Shown one piece after another: positions 11,173-22,799 of a stretch of DNA of 64,000 nt. Each line of letters begins with the position of its first letter. Position 1 is the stretch's first letter. The position numbers were made by a program, and so were the translations under genes. The notes below the pieces were generated by a model. It did no database searches. It worked only from the letters and a program-made list of their open reading frames with translations, and was not told the origin of the DNA. Source of the DNA: Prasinococcaceae sp. CCMP 1430 (lineage: Eukaryota > Plantae > Prasinodermophyta); contig RQSC01000005.1 of the NCBI GenBank assembly GCA_013416795.1, positions 264,733 to 328,732 on the forward strand, given 5' to 3'.

Positions 11173-11865
11173 GTGGCAGAGCATATGCTCAGGCGCGGGG
11201 GCGCGTGCGCCGCCGTGGTGGTCGCAGCGCTCGTGGCGGCGGCCGCGACGGCCCCCGCCGCCATGGCGGCTGCGGATGGCGGGGGGAAGATTGCCATCGG
11301 CGGCGAGAGATTTCCCACCGTGGAGGTGCGACCGCGCGCGCGCGTGCGCTCGCGGCGACTGGGACGGGCGTGTCGGCCGCGCGCGGTGCGTTGGCTGATG
11401 CGCGCCGTCCTGCGCGACACCCGGTCCTCGCGCCCGCGCTACCAGGCGTCAGGTGCCGTCGACGGACACAGCTGGATTGTCGGGTTGGTAAAGGACCCTC
11501 CCGCGGACAAGGGGAGGTTGTTCAAGGCCTTGGGCGAGGCGGCGGGCGCGGCGGGTGCGTGCGCGCGCGGCCGAGCGCAGAGCCCCCCGCATGGGGTGCA
11601 CGCACAGGCCGTCTCGCCACTCGGCTCGTCTGTTCGCCCTCGTGCGCTGACGGGCGCCGCGCGGGCGCGCGGCGCCGACCTAGACCCCGCGTCGTGGCGG
11701 CCGGAGAGTGACTTGCCCACGCTTGGGATGTTTACGGCAGAGCTCTCCCTTGCGCAGCTGGAAGTGCTGGTGGGGTCGCCCGACGTCAAGTACGCCGAGG
11801 CCGACGGCAGCGTGCGAATCGCCAAGAAGGCGAGGGGCGCGGGATCGAGCGAGGGCGAGCTCTGA
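11173..11865 (+). CDS. Small secreted protein with a stand-alone peptidase inhibitor I9 (subtilisin propeptide-like) domain; 2 introns
   Basis: Signal peptide AAVVVAALVAAAATAPAAMA, SWIVGL, GMFTAELSLAQLEVLVGSPDVKYAEADGSVRI; in-frame GTGCG introns; ends EGEL. Confidence 0.65.
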   Translation: MAEHMLRRGGACAAVVVAALVAAAATAPAAMAAADGGGKIAIGGERFPTVEVRPRARVRSRRLGRACRPRAVRWLMRAVLRDTRSSRPRYQASGAVDGHSWIVGLVKDPPADKGRLFKALGEAAGAAGACARGRAQSPPHGVHAQAVSPLGSSVRPRALTGAARARGADLDPASWRPESDLPTLGMFTAELSLAQLEVLVGSPDVKYAEADGSVRIAKKARGAGSSEGEL

Positions 11866-11937
11866 GCATGCGTGCTGCCGAAAAGCATGCCGTGTGCGCG
11901 GCCCATTCATGCGAAGCCTCCGCATTCACGCTCGCAG

Positions 11938-11990
<53 letters not shown>

Positions 11991-12014
11991 CTCGCAGCCC
12001 CCCCCCCCCCCCCC
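11938..12014. repeat. Poly-C tracts (about 50 nt and 17 nt), each preceded by CTCGCAG
   Basis: Read directly from the sequence. Confidence 0.85.
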
Positions 12015-12131
12015 TTTCGCGACGCGATGGCGTGCGCCACCCCACACGCCACGCGCCACCCGAGCGCCACTCCGTGCGGGATGATATTATCTGTGAAGGG
12101 AGGTCGCGCGCGCAGGTGCGCGCGCGCGCCG

Positions 12132-13304
12132 CTATCGCGCATCGCGTGCGTCGCTCGGCGCTTCGGCCACTGCCAGCAGCGTGGTGGTCTCCAGAGTCTC
12201 CTCAGTTGCGCGCGGCGAATGCGGCGCGCCCTGGGCCTCGACGTCGCACCCGTGGGCGCCCGGCGAGTACGCGAACTCGAGACCGCTCGTCGCGTCGGGT
12301 ACTCTCTGGCGCGGCTCGCCCGCGCTAGAGTACAGCACGATCCCAAGGCACACGACGAGCGCCGCGCCGGCGTATCCGATGCCGACGAGCTGGCCAAAGA
12401 CGGTAGCCTGCACGACGACTGCCCACACGTCCGACGTGAGCAAGCTGAGGTTGAAGAAGGCAGAGCCGTCGCGCTCCAGCACCACAGGGCCGAGCGAGTA
12501 AAATGCGAGCATGGCAGCAACGAAGGCGAGCATCAGCCCCACGTCGCGCGCGCTGCTCAGGGTCGCGAGCTGCGCGGCCTGCTCGCGCTCGAGCACGGCG
12601 ACCTGCAGCGCGCTCCACGCCGCGCCGAACACGCCAAGGAACGCCAGCGTCTCCGAGCGCCCGGCTGTGGCCTCCTCGCCGCGCACGATGAGCTCCTGGG
12701 TGACATTGGAAGCCGCCATGAGCGCCGCGCCGCACAGTGCCAGCATGTCGCCCAGCACCTCGTTGTCGGCGTCGCTGCCGTCTTCCGCGTCGCTCGCGAC
12801 CAGTCCGACGATGCCCGCGACGCACAGCAGCACGCCGCCCACGTGGCGCGGCGTGTATCGCGCCTGCAGGAAGACGCGCGTCAGTAGAAGCGCACACGGA
12901 ATGGTAAACATGTCGAGCAGCGTCACGCTCGCCAGCGAGGTGTACTGGAAAGCAGTGACCACCAGGTAGTTGGCCTCGACGTCCACGAGCGCCCACGCGG
13001 CGTACTTGGCGAGCCGCCGCGCCGGTGGGAGCGCGGCGCCGCGCCGCCACAGCACCGCGCCGTGGCCCAAGCCGAGCACGGCGTACACCAGCGTCGACTG
13101 CAGCGTTGGCGCGTCGACGTCATCCCGCGCGAGCTCCGTGCTCGACGTCGACGTCACCGTGACGAGCACCGAGAGCAGCTGCCCGTACAGCAGGCTCACG
13201 ATGAGCCGCCGCCGCGACCGCTGCTCGCGCACGCCGCGAGCGGACCGCACGGCGACGGCGGCCTCGGCCGCGGGCGCGCACGCCTGCGCAGTGCCTTCGT
13301 TCAT
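12132..13304 (-). CDS. SLC35F1/F2-like (DUF914) DMT-superfamily transporter
   Basis: LLYGQLLS, ALVDVEANYLVVTAFQYTSLASVTLLD, NLSLLTSDVWAV; about 10 TM helices. Confidence 0.9.
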   Translation of the reverse strand: MNEGTAQACAPAAEAAVAVRSARGVREQRSRRRLIVSLLYGQLLSVLVTVTSTSSTELARDDVDAPTLQSTLVYAVLGLGHGAVLWRRGAALPPARRLAKYAAWALVDVEANYLVVTAFQYTSLASVTLLDMFTIPCALLLTRVFLQARYTPRHVGGVLLCVAGIVGLVASDAEDGSDADNEVLGDMLALCGAALMAASNVTQELIVRGEEATAGRSETLAFLGVFGAAWSALQVAVLEREQAAQLATLSSARDVGLMLAFVAAMLAFYSLGPVVLERDGSAFFNLSLLTSDVWAVVVQATVFGQLVGIGYAGAALVVCLGIVLYSSAGEPRQRVPDATSGLEFAYSPGAHGCDVEAQGAPHSPRATEETLETTTLLAVAEAPSDARDAR

Positions 13305-13435
13305 GAGGACACGCCCCGAGCCACCACCTCGGCCGCGGCCCGTCCCCCCCCTGCGCGGCCCTGTCGCCGCGGCCCCCGGCAGCGGCGGGCCCCGCGCGGC
13401 CTGCGAGCCGCCGCGGCAGAGGCAAAGTTTAGGGT

Positions 13436-14579
13436 TTAATTTGAGGGTTTATGTGTGATGGGCGTTGCGCGCGCTGCGCCACGTTGCTGTCGGCACGCCG
13501 GCGCGACTGGAGGCTCGGGCGTGCTGCCGGCGTCCGTTGTGGGCTCCCTGTGCTGCTCCAGCAGCGGGCCGAGCTCGGGGTGCTCCAGTAGCATCCACGC
13601 GCCTTTGTCGGGCCGGTCAGGGTCGTCGTGGCCGCGCTCGCCAGTCTGTACGCGGATCCATTCGCCGCGCCGTTGGAGGGCCTGCGACGAGGGCGCGGCC
13701 GCCAGGGTGAGCACGGGGGCGTGCGCGAGCGCGCGGGGAGCGTGCGGGTCGGATGGAAGCGTGTGTGCAGGGCCCGCGCGCGCGCGCGCGCTCGCGCAAC
13801 TGCGCCTTGCGCCCTCGCGTGCGCACCTGCACGATCGTACCGACCCGCCTGCCTCCCGCAGCACGAGCGTCTGCCCTGGGCCCGAAGCGCATCACAACCA
13901 CCGGCGCGAACATCACTTTGTATTGCACGCTCCAGCGCAACAGCTCGCAGTCCTCGCAGCCCAGATTTGAGGTCGCCTCGGGTAGCATCTCAGGCTCGCC
14001 GTCGATGCAACTCACGAGCGTGCCAAAACTCTCGTGCCTGCTCAGGATCCAGCGCTCGTTGTCGTCGCCTTTCAGTCGCAGCCATTCGCCCCACGCGCCC
14101 GTGACCTCGAAGCGCTGCTGCTGGCGCATGGTGTGCAGTAGCCGCCCGCGAATGGCGGGCACGGCGCGCACACCCACCTTCTCGTACACTACCTCAAAGA
14201 TGCAAACGGTGCCTGGAACGCCGCGGCGTCTCGGCCTCACGAGCGACGTCGTCGTCGCCGAGGCTGCGCCTGCCGAGGTACCGCCCGACGACGCGCCCGC
14301 TGTGCCTGATGCGCGGCGCGGCGCGTGCGGCGACAGACCGCTCTCGTGAGCGACCGCAGTGCTCTTGGGTGCGGGCGCAGGGAGCGGCATGAGCCCCTGC
14401 TTTGGCACGGTGTGCCAGTGGTCGTTGCCGTGGATGGCCTGGAAGAGGCGCCCGGTCTCGGGCCGCTCGACGGCCCGCACGCGAAGCATGCGACCACCGC
14501 AGCGCAAAGCGCTCGTCGCCTCGGCGCGTTCGTTCACGAGGGACTTGAGCGCATCGAGGCCAGTCACAGCCTCTCCCAT
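13436..14579 (-). CDS. Hypothetical protein with two SH3b-like repeats; 2 exons, 14579-13827 and 13681-13436
   Basis: Repeated pattern V-V-R...G-E-W-(L/I)-R...W-(I/M)-L...H...G-x-L-(V/L); phase-0 GT-AG intron. Confidence 0.55.
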
Positions 14580-14992
14580 CGCTCGCAGAGCGGCGCTGCA
14601 AGCGCGGCGGCGCCACAGCGCCGCTCCGCGCGCCGTTTGGCCCAGGCCGGCGCGGTCCACCGCGGTCTTTCCCTCCCCTTCTTTGCCCGCCCCCTCGCGT
14701 GCCCTCCGCCCTTCGCGCGGTCCGCGCTCCCCCCCCGCCTCTGCACCCCGCGGCCCGCGCCGCCGCGCGCCGCCCCGCCCCCGCTGCCCCCTTCGTCTCC
14801 CGCCGCGGGCGTGCTGCCAGGCGACACGCGCGAGTCGTAACGGCGCGCGCGGAAGGGGGAACGGAACGCGGGTTTACATAACCCTGTCACCACATACTGT
14901 AAAACCTTAAATAGCACAAAACCGAAACCCTCGTCTCGCGCCGCGCACCAGCGGGCGGCGGGGTGGCGGGCTGCTCACCACAGCGACGGCGC

Positions 14993-15964
14993 ATGCAGCA
15001 GCGCCGCCGCTGGCATGGCGGCGATCGCCGGGGTTGCCCCGGCGGCGGCACGGCTGTGGGCGCGGCCTGGGGCGCGGGCGCGGGCTCGTCCGCGGGCGCG
15101 CCCGCCGCGCGACCGCTGGTAGGGGTCCACGCGCTCGTCTTCGCCGGCGGATGGAGCGAGGCCGAGTGCCGGCGGGCAGCCGAGGGCGCGGCAGCGGCGG
15201 GCTTCGACATGCTCGAGGTCCCGCTGCTGGATCCAGCGGGCGTCGATGCCGGGATGACGCGGCGCGTGTGCGATGAGGTCGGCGTGACGCCCACCACGAG
15301 CCTCGGCCTAAAGATTGGAGCGGACATCAACTCGGAGGACGCCAACGAGGTGGCCGCGGGCGAGGCGCTCCTGAACGCGGCGCTGGATGCCACGGCCGCG
15401 ATGGGCGCGCGCGTCATGTGCGGCGTCATCTACTCGGCCCTGCACAAGTACGGTGGCGTGCAGACGCCAGCGGCGCGCGCCAACATGGTGGGCGCGCTGC
15501 AACGGCTGGCGGAGCGCGCGGAGGGCCTGGGCATCACGCTGGGCCTCGAGCCCGTCAACCGATACGAGACGAACGCGTGCAACACTGCGAAAGACTGCCG
15601 GGAGCTGTGCGAAGCTGTGGGGCCCAACGTCGTCGTGCACCTGGACTCGTACCACGCGCACATCGAGGAGTACTCGATGGCGCGGGCGGTTGCGGATGCG
15701 GGCGCGCGCCTCGGGTATGTGCACATTGGCGAATCCCACCGAGGCGCGCTCGGCGAGGGCCAGGCGGATCTCGCCGCCCTGCTCGCTGCGTTGCGCGATG
15801 CCGACTACGCCGGCCCGCTCGTCTTTGAGAGCTTCAGCCGGAAGGTGGTGTCGGCCGATCTCTCGGACGCGCTGGCCGTGTGGCGCGACCCGCCGGGCTG
15901 GACCGACTCGGACACGCTCGCAGCCAACGCGCGCGAATACATCCGCCGTCACGCCGACCGGTAG
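14993..15964 (+). CDS. D-tagatose/D-psicose/L-ribulose 3-epimerase family TIM-barrel protein, intronless
   Basis: LEPVNRYETN, HLDSYHAHIEE, GYVHIGESHRG and LVFESFS (metal ligands E, D, H, E). Confidence 0.9.
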   Translation: MQQRRRWHGGDRRGCPGGGTAVGAAWGAGAGSSAGAPAARPLVGVHALVFAGGWSEAECRRAAEGAAAAGFDMLEVPLLDPAGVDAGMTRRVCDEVGVTPTTSLGLKIGADINSEDANEVAAGEALLNAALDATAAMGARVMCGVIYSALHKYGGVQTPAARANMVGALQRLAERAEGLGITLGLEPVNRYETNACNTAKDCRELCEAVGPNVVVHLDSYHAHIEEYSMARAVADAGARLGYVHIGESHRGALGEGQADLAALLAALRDADYAGPLVFESFSRKVVSADLSDALAVWRDPPGWTDSDTLAANAREYIRRHADR

Positions 15965-16063
15965 CGCAGGCGCGCGCGCCTCGTGCTGCCGCGCGCGCAC
16001 ACAACCTACCATAGCTAGCTGGCGCCACGCATGCGCGTGCGTGTCACACACAACAAGTCACAG

Positions 16064-17023
16064 TCACAAGCGGCCGTCCGCGAGGTCATCGACCAGCGCC
16101 TGAATGGCCACGCGCCGATGCGAGAAAGCGGCTTGCTCGTCTAGCGCCATCTCGCCCATGCAGCGCCCGTCGCCCAAGCCACCATCGGGCAGGAAGGCAG
16201 GCGACCACGAGATGGCGCCGCCGTGCGTGCCCACGCCGCGCGGCGCGACGATGCGGCCGCGCAGCTCGCCCTGCGAGAGGGCGCCCCCGACGCCGGATCG
16301 TCAGCGCACCGCGCATCCGCGCGCGCATCCGCCAACAGCCGGCGCGCACGCACCGCGTACACCTTGGGGTCGGCTTCGCCGTTGCCGCCAGCGGCCACTC
16401 GCACGGCCGCGACATTGCAGCTGGCCGTGACGCCGTCCTCCCCGAGCTTTGCCGCGATTTCCGCGAGCGCCGCCGGTGCCGATGCGGCGCCGGGCTTTTT
16501 CGCGAGTGCCTGCGCGCAGCAGGCACGCGCCATGCGCGGTCGAGAGCGAGCGAGCGCGGCGCAATCGGGGCAGGGAGGTAGTCGTCGCAGCGCGTCAGCC
16601 GGGCGGCGCGCAGCGGGGCGCTCATGCAGGGGGCAGCCGCGTGCTCGTCACCTGCATCATTGCCTTGATGTACGGCCCGGGAAAGCCGCCGAGGCAGTCG
16701 AGGCCAAGCGCGGCGTCCTCTGCGAGCACGAGGTCGACGCCTTCGAGCGCGCCCGGCGAATCGCGCCGCAGGGCAGCGAGCGCAAGCCGCGCCTTCTCCC
16801 GCGCGACCTCGCCGGGTGCGGCTTGCGGCTCAGGGACTTCGACGGCGATGCCGCGCACGCTCCCCGCCGCACCCACGCCCTTGGCCCGCTTGGGTGCACG
16901 CTCTGCCTCTGGATGCCATGGCGTCGCGCAGAGCAAACACGCTTGCAAGCACGCGCGCGCCTCGCCGAGTTTGCCCTTGTTCGTGGTCGTGTATAGCACG
17001 GTGATTGGTCGCGCGTCCGGCAT
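16064..17023 (-). CDS. ITPase/HAM1-family nucleoside triphosphate pyrophosphatase, divergent; 3 exons
   Basis: TTNKGK, AEDAALGLDCLGGFPGPYIK, GELRGRIVAPRG and SHR; donor after 16652, acceptor before 16509. Confidence 0.85.
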
Positions 17024-17193
17024 CGCTGCCACGGTCCCGCTGCCACGTGCCGCGCCCACCCCCTGCGCACGCGTACGCGGGCGGCGGCGCTGTGGCGTGC
17101 ACGCGGCCGCCGCGCGGCGCAATGGCGAGGTTCGCGCCAACTGTATTTATCGACAGGATGTTGTTACTCGCGACCGGCAGCGGTGCCAACCTA

Positions 17194-19700
17194 CTACTGC
17201 CCACGAGCCGTGGCGCCGGCGGTCCTATTGCGCTGATACTCCGCCCAGAGCGCCTCCCAGTCGATGCTCTTTGAGAAGAAGTCCTGCTTGGCCACCCTGG
17301 CGTCGATGTACTCAAGGGGCACCTCGCGGCGCCCATCCAGCATCGTCTGCACGATTGACATGCGCGGACAGCGCCAGCGATGGGCGAGCGGCGGGCGCGT
17401 CCACGAGCCACGACACATGAGCTGGTACGCGAGCTTTCCGAAGTTGCCGTAGTCGCCGCCGCTCCACACGCTGCAGCCCGCGCCCGCGGCCACTGCGAAT
17501 CCCGTCAGGATGTCCACCGCCTCCTCCGTCTCGTTGCCGCCTGGGAATGGGTTCTCGAATCCGCTCTCGTACGACGAGAAGCGAGGCTTCGGCAGCCACA
17601 CGAAGGCGAGCCGCGCGTCGGACTCCTGTGTCTTCATGATATCGACGGCCTCGTCGAGCACGTCCTGGCTATCCGTCAGCAGAAAGACCGTTCGCACCCC
17701 TGCCTCATCGAGGAGGTCGCGCGCCTCCGCCACCTGCTCGCGCAGGGGGACGTAGCGCCGAATGTAGTTCTCCTGCAGCACGATGTCGCCGCGGCGTGCG
17801 TGAAAGACCGCGCACGCGCCGCCGTCGGCGCGCCCGAGCCCCGAGGTGCGCAGGAACGCGCCACTGCGCGCGCGCACCTCCTGTCGCAGCCGCCAGCGCG
17901 GTCGCGTGGCGTAGAAGTACGCGCTGGCACGCAGGCGCCCCGCGCAGCCGGGCGTATCGCACGACGTCCTATCTGCGAGGTTGGCGGTTGCCTCGGCGGC
18001 CGCGGCAGCGTGGAGGCGGTCGCCGCGCAGCGCGCGCTCGGCGGCCTGGCGCGCGCTCGCCGCGAGCGCGGCGAAGAACCCCGCGGGGAGCGTGCTCGTG
18101 TCTGCGCTCTCACGATTCCAATTCGCGGCGTTGAGCCTGCCGATGATGCGGCTCAGCTCCGACGACGAGCGTCCGGGGGTCAGGTGAGCCGTGCCCGCCT
18201 GATCCTGCCCTGCACGCGCGTCGCCCTCGTCACTTCCCGGGCGCTTCGTCTGAAGGAGGCGCTCGCTCCCGCCGTCAAACAAGCCCTTGCGCGCGACGGC
18301 CAAGTCGCCGAGGCGATGCTTGATCTCGCGCTCAAGCTCGAGCTCGTCCTCACCCTCGGAGGTTCTGTTGTTGAGCCGCGCGAGCACCCCATCGCGCTGT
18401 GCCACCCAGTCCACGGGGAGCGGCAGCGCGCACGGCGAGGTGTCGAGGAACAGGCAGCGCGAGTCACCCCGAGGGCACTGCGCCCCCCTGCCTCCAGCAA
18501 CGAGCCCGCGCGCGTAGTGCCAGCTGCACTCGGTGGTGACGTTTGCCTCGGTCACGCCGCCGCTGGTTCCCAGCAGGTACTCGCGCAGAGACTTCCCGAA
18601 GCATGCCTGCGGTGGCGCGACCGCGCGCCACGGGGCACCCACGTACGCGCCTTGGACCAGGCCGAATGCGAAATTGCCCCACAGGTCGGCACCCCAGCCG
18701 CTGTTGTAGAAGGGAGCGAAGGCCTCGATGCTCGACGAGTCGTCCGGGCCATCGCACGCATTGCCAGAGAAGTGCAGCGCGTCCAGCGTTCGCAGGAAGA
18801 CCATCTCGGCGGGCGCCACCGGCGCGACGCGGACGAGCCACATGCGCTCCTGTGTTCGATCCCCGAGCACGTGGGCGCCGGCGCGGTCGTGACCGGCGTC
18901 GGCGCTGCTCTGCGCCAGCGCCCCGCTGCTGGCGCCGGCGCCCTCGGATGACGCGAAGAAGGCCTCTTCGGCGGGCTCGTGCACGAGCTCGAGCAGCGAG
19001 TGCGGCGTCAACAGCTCGTCGACGGCATCGGCCGCCGCGGGGTACGGCATGCCCGGCTCGGCGTATAGCGCCAGCGTCGGTGGCTCGGGTGCGTCCAGCG
19101 CGTACGCCTTGGCGCCCTCCACGCCGTGCGACCAGGCCTGCCTGAGGTACGGCGCCGCTGCCAGTGCGTCGCGCTCCAGCGCGAACAGCACCTCGTCGGC
19201 CACTTCGCGGCTGGCGACGAGCGTCGCAATGCGTGCGCTGCGCTGCACGCCCGTGGTGGCCAATCTTCGCGCCGCCGTGCTCCACGGCGGCGCGGCGCCA
19301 TCACCACCCCCATCCGCGCCCGATCCGGTGCCAACACCCAGAATCGCGGCCTCGATGGTGTGCGCCACCTTCTCGATGGGATCGGTGAGCACCGCAGACA
19401 AGTTTCTGTGCGGGGATTGCGCGCCGCCAGTGCGGTCCTCCTCGGCGACGCTCGCAGTGGCGGTGCTCGTATTTGTGCGGTCGCTGGTCCGGCGCGGCGG
19501 CATCCGATGGCGGATGCGCTCCAGCAGCTGCTGCGTGATCTCGTCCGCGGGCACGGCCTCCGCCATTTGGAGGGGGGCGCCGGACGCGAGCGAGGACGAC
19601 GCCGAGCTCACGGCGACTGCCAGCGCGACGGCCGTCAGCGCGAGGCCGCGCAGCGCCACCGCTTGTCGATGCCGCGCGCGCACAGCGGCCGCGCGGCGGT
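17194..19700 (-). CDS. Type II membrane glycosyltransferase, alpha-1,6-fucosyltransferase/NodZ-like (GT23-like); start uncertain
   Basis: Signal anchor ALRGLALTAVALAVAV, SGWGADLWGNF, FHARRGD (HVRRxD-type) and VFLLTDS. Confidence 0.6.
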
Positions 19701-20307
19701 CGGTCCCTCCCCTGCGTGCGGCGCCCGCGGCGCCATGTGTCGTCCCCCGCCCTCGCGGGCCCCGGAGCCGGGCGCGCCGCCGCGCCGCGCTCGCGCTGTG
19801 GCGCGCGAGCACTTCAGTCAGCCCAACGTCCCTCCGTCCCCCACACCCAGCACGGGCCGCGCGACGCACCCCCGGCGCGCTCCATACCCAAACCAAAAAT
19901 GCACGCGTTTCGCCGTCATGCCGAACACGAAAACGCGCAGTCCATAGAAAGGGTAAAATATGTAGGGTTTATTTTATATCAGAATGCATGGCTTCTTCGG
20001 GGTGCGGGGCGGCGCGCCCGCGTGGCGCCCGCCCGTCGGGACGCGCGCCGATACCACGAATTTCCTTGAGTTTTTGTAAATCAAAAGAAAAAATCAACGA
20101 CGCCGCACGCGCGCGCGTCATGCGGTGTGCCGGGCTACCGGCCCCTCGTTGCGCGTTGATGTGCGCGCGCGAGTCGCGCGAGCGAGCCGCGCGGCGTCCC
20201 ATCCCCTCACGGCCTCACGGCGCCGGCGAGCCGCGCGGCCGGCACGGGGCGCGGGCGCCTACCGTGCGAGCCTCCTCGCTCAATTCAGGCCGTTACTGCA
20301 GTAGTAT

Positions 20308-21811
20308 TCAGCCTTCGCGCAGAAAGGACCTGATCCTCGCGTTGGGCGACGCGCGTATGGCCGCGGCCACCTGCTCGTAGTTGTGGAGCGTGTTTGCATG
20401 GGGTGCGAGTGGCCGCTCGCCCCAGCCGTGCTCCATGAGGTCCTTGCGCACGGCCGTCGTGTTGATGGCCTCGACCCCGAGAGACTTGAGCAGCCTGGTC
20501 CACGCGTCGACGCTGCGCTCCAGCTGGTCGCGGCTGTGTTCGAAAGCGGCGAGGTCCTCCACGGGAATCGTCTCGAAACCTGTGAAGCCCCAGCGTTGCA
20601 GCTTGAGGGGCCGCCTCGAGTCACGCACCAGCCCTTGCTCCAGGACCTGCACAATGTCAGCCGGGTTGAACCCAACCTTGGTGAGCTCGCGGCGCGCTCG
20701 CCGCTTGTCGGCGAAGGTGGGCCTGCTCACGCCGTCGCTGCTGTACGACCTCAGAGCCCAGTTACTCGCCTTGCCGCACACCGACGAGGTGGCATCGGTG
20801 CCGTTATCCTTCCAGACAAGACTCGCAGGGTATTTGCTGTGGCGAGCGCCAGAGCGTCAGCCCCTGTGCCCGTGTCACGGGTGCGCCGCGCGTGCGCTCG
20901 TGGCATGGCGTGGCAACACTGGCACGGCGTGTGCCCTGTAACAGAGCTCGCTCACGCGCAGCGCGGCGGCGCCCCTTACATGAAGCAGTCTCTCAACATG
21001 CATGCCTTAGGCGTCCATAGACAGTTGCACGCGTCCCGAGCGACAGGGCCAGTGCGCGCACGTCAGCGACGGCACCTCGCTGAGTGCATGAGTGAGCGAA
21101 CGGGCCACGGCGCGGCGCAGGCTGCATCAAACGAGATAGCACGCACCTTGTGGTCGAGAACGTTGGAGCTGTACACGTTCACCACCTTCGCGCCGCGTCT
21201 CACCAAGTCGCCCATCAAATCGAGGTTGGAGCCGCATTTCTTGCACGTTTCCCATCCCCACGTTTCCAGCTTCGTTACGACCCACCGTCCCGCCGCAGTC
21301 TCCTCGTCGAGCATGCGCGCCATACCGGCCGGGAACGCCTCATCCATCGGCCGCCCTTTGGCGACCTCCGCTTGGACCCACTTGTTCTTCCAGGGATTAA
21401 ACGCCTCGAAGTCCACCCAGCCCGGCGTGCGCCCGTGCGCGTCCATAAGGCGCCATCTGTGCTTGTAGCGACGCAGCGCGTGCGCGGACTATCCATGTCA
21501 GTCACCGATTGGCGTTTGCGCTGGCGCAACAAGCCGTGCGCATGCACGAACGCGCACACACACACGAGGCGCGCGCACACGCACGTCACAGACTGAACCC
21601 ACGTGCTCGAGCCGCATGGAGCCGCATAGATGAGGCTTGGGTGCGGGCCCGTGTCTGCGGCTGCTGCCAGCCCGCCGCCACCGCACAGCAGCGCGAACGC
21701 CAGTACTGCCACCGCAGCCGCTCTGGCGGCGGCGGCGGGCGCAAGCGCTGCGGAGACGCGCGGCGCCGGGCCGGTCGCCCCGCCGCCCCCGCTGCGGCGA
21801 CGAGCGCCCAT
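20308..21811 (-). CDS. Secreted or membrane P-loop sulfotransferase-fold protein (Stf0/NodH-like); about 4 exons including a 26-nt micro-exon (21005-20980)
   Basis: N-terminal hydrophobic anchor, PCGSSTWV, spliced NVLDHK-ACMLRDCF, C-terminal LHNYEQVAAAI; exons join in frame. Confidence 0.5.
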
Positions 21812-22432
21812 CGTCGGTCGGATGGCGGTGCACTGCTCCGACGGCGCACGCACTCCCCGCGCCGCGCCACAGCAAGCCCCACCCCGCCCTCCCTCCCTTG
21901 CAAGGGCGCGTCGCATGTGCGGTGTGGCCACCGCGAGCCGCGCACTCTCGGGTCCGCACATTTCCCGCGCACTTTTTCCGCTCCGCTCCGTCGGGAAAAA
22001 AAAACATGCGCGCGAACAGCCCGCCGAGAAAAAAACATTGTGCTTTGCTGCCTTCGCGTGCCCGCCAATTGGAATTGGATTTGCGCCGGGAATTGGCGTG
22101 CGAATCGGGCTGCGCGGAGCGGAATTCGCGGAAATCCGTCGCCCATTCCGCCGACCGACCGACCGACCAGAGCGCGGATTGCGCGAAGCTTCACATGTGG
22201 ACCCTCTTGAACGGCGGTCCTGACCCCAAGTCGGACCATCGATCGATCGAATGAGGCGACGCAAAGCAGCGACGACGACGCTCTTTGCCGTCCGTCCGTT
22301 GGAAGGCGCACCTCGCCTTCAATTGAAGTCTGGGTCCATTTCTCGCCCGTGCGAGGCGTCTCGAGCACTTCTTTCGAATGAGCCCGGATTTGGATCCAAA
22401 ACCTGAACCCCGCCCAACCCCGCCCGGCTGCC

Positions 22433-22443
22433 TCTGTCTGTCC

Positions 22444-22505
<62 letters not shown>

Positions 22506-22524
22506 GTGTCTGTGTTCTGTCTGT
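22433..22524. repeat. (TCTG)n microsatellite
   Basis: Read directly from the sequence. Confidence 0.95.
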
Positions 22525-22799
22525 TGGTTGGTTTTTTGTTGATGGTGCAATTCTTTGCCTGTGGTCTCTGCTCTTTTGCGCCGCCGCGCCGCCGCCGTCC
22601 CGGCCCGGGGCCGGCCCGGGGCCGCGTGCGTGCGTGCGGGCGCGCGTCGCCATCAGAACGCATGCGTTGATGCGTTCGGGGCGGTGAGGTCTTTCGGTCC
22701 GGGGGAAAGGGCGGCCGCACGGCGGCTCGCGGAGCGCGCGGGCGGCGGGGGAGGGGGAGGGTGTGTGCGCGCGCGCGTGTGGGTGGGTGGGGGGGGGGG

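Noticed and set aside
14993-15964. Bacterial contamination as the source of the epimerase (and of MltB)
   Set aside because: Both are contiguous with intron-bearing algal genes, share their composition, and have no adjacent gap; read-level confirmation is still advisable.
22191-22550. TDRQ-repeat ORF and the poly-Pro/poly-Gly ORFs at 11.7-12.5, 27.2-27.7 and 28.0-29.2 kb
   Set aside because: These are translations of microsatellites and homopolymers.
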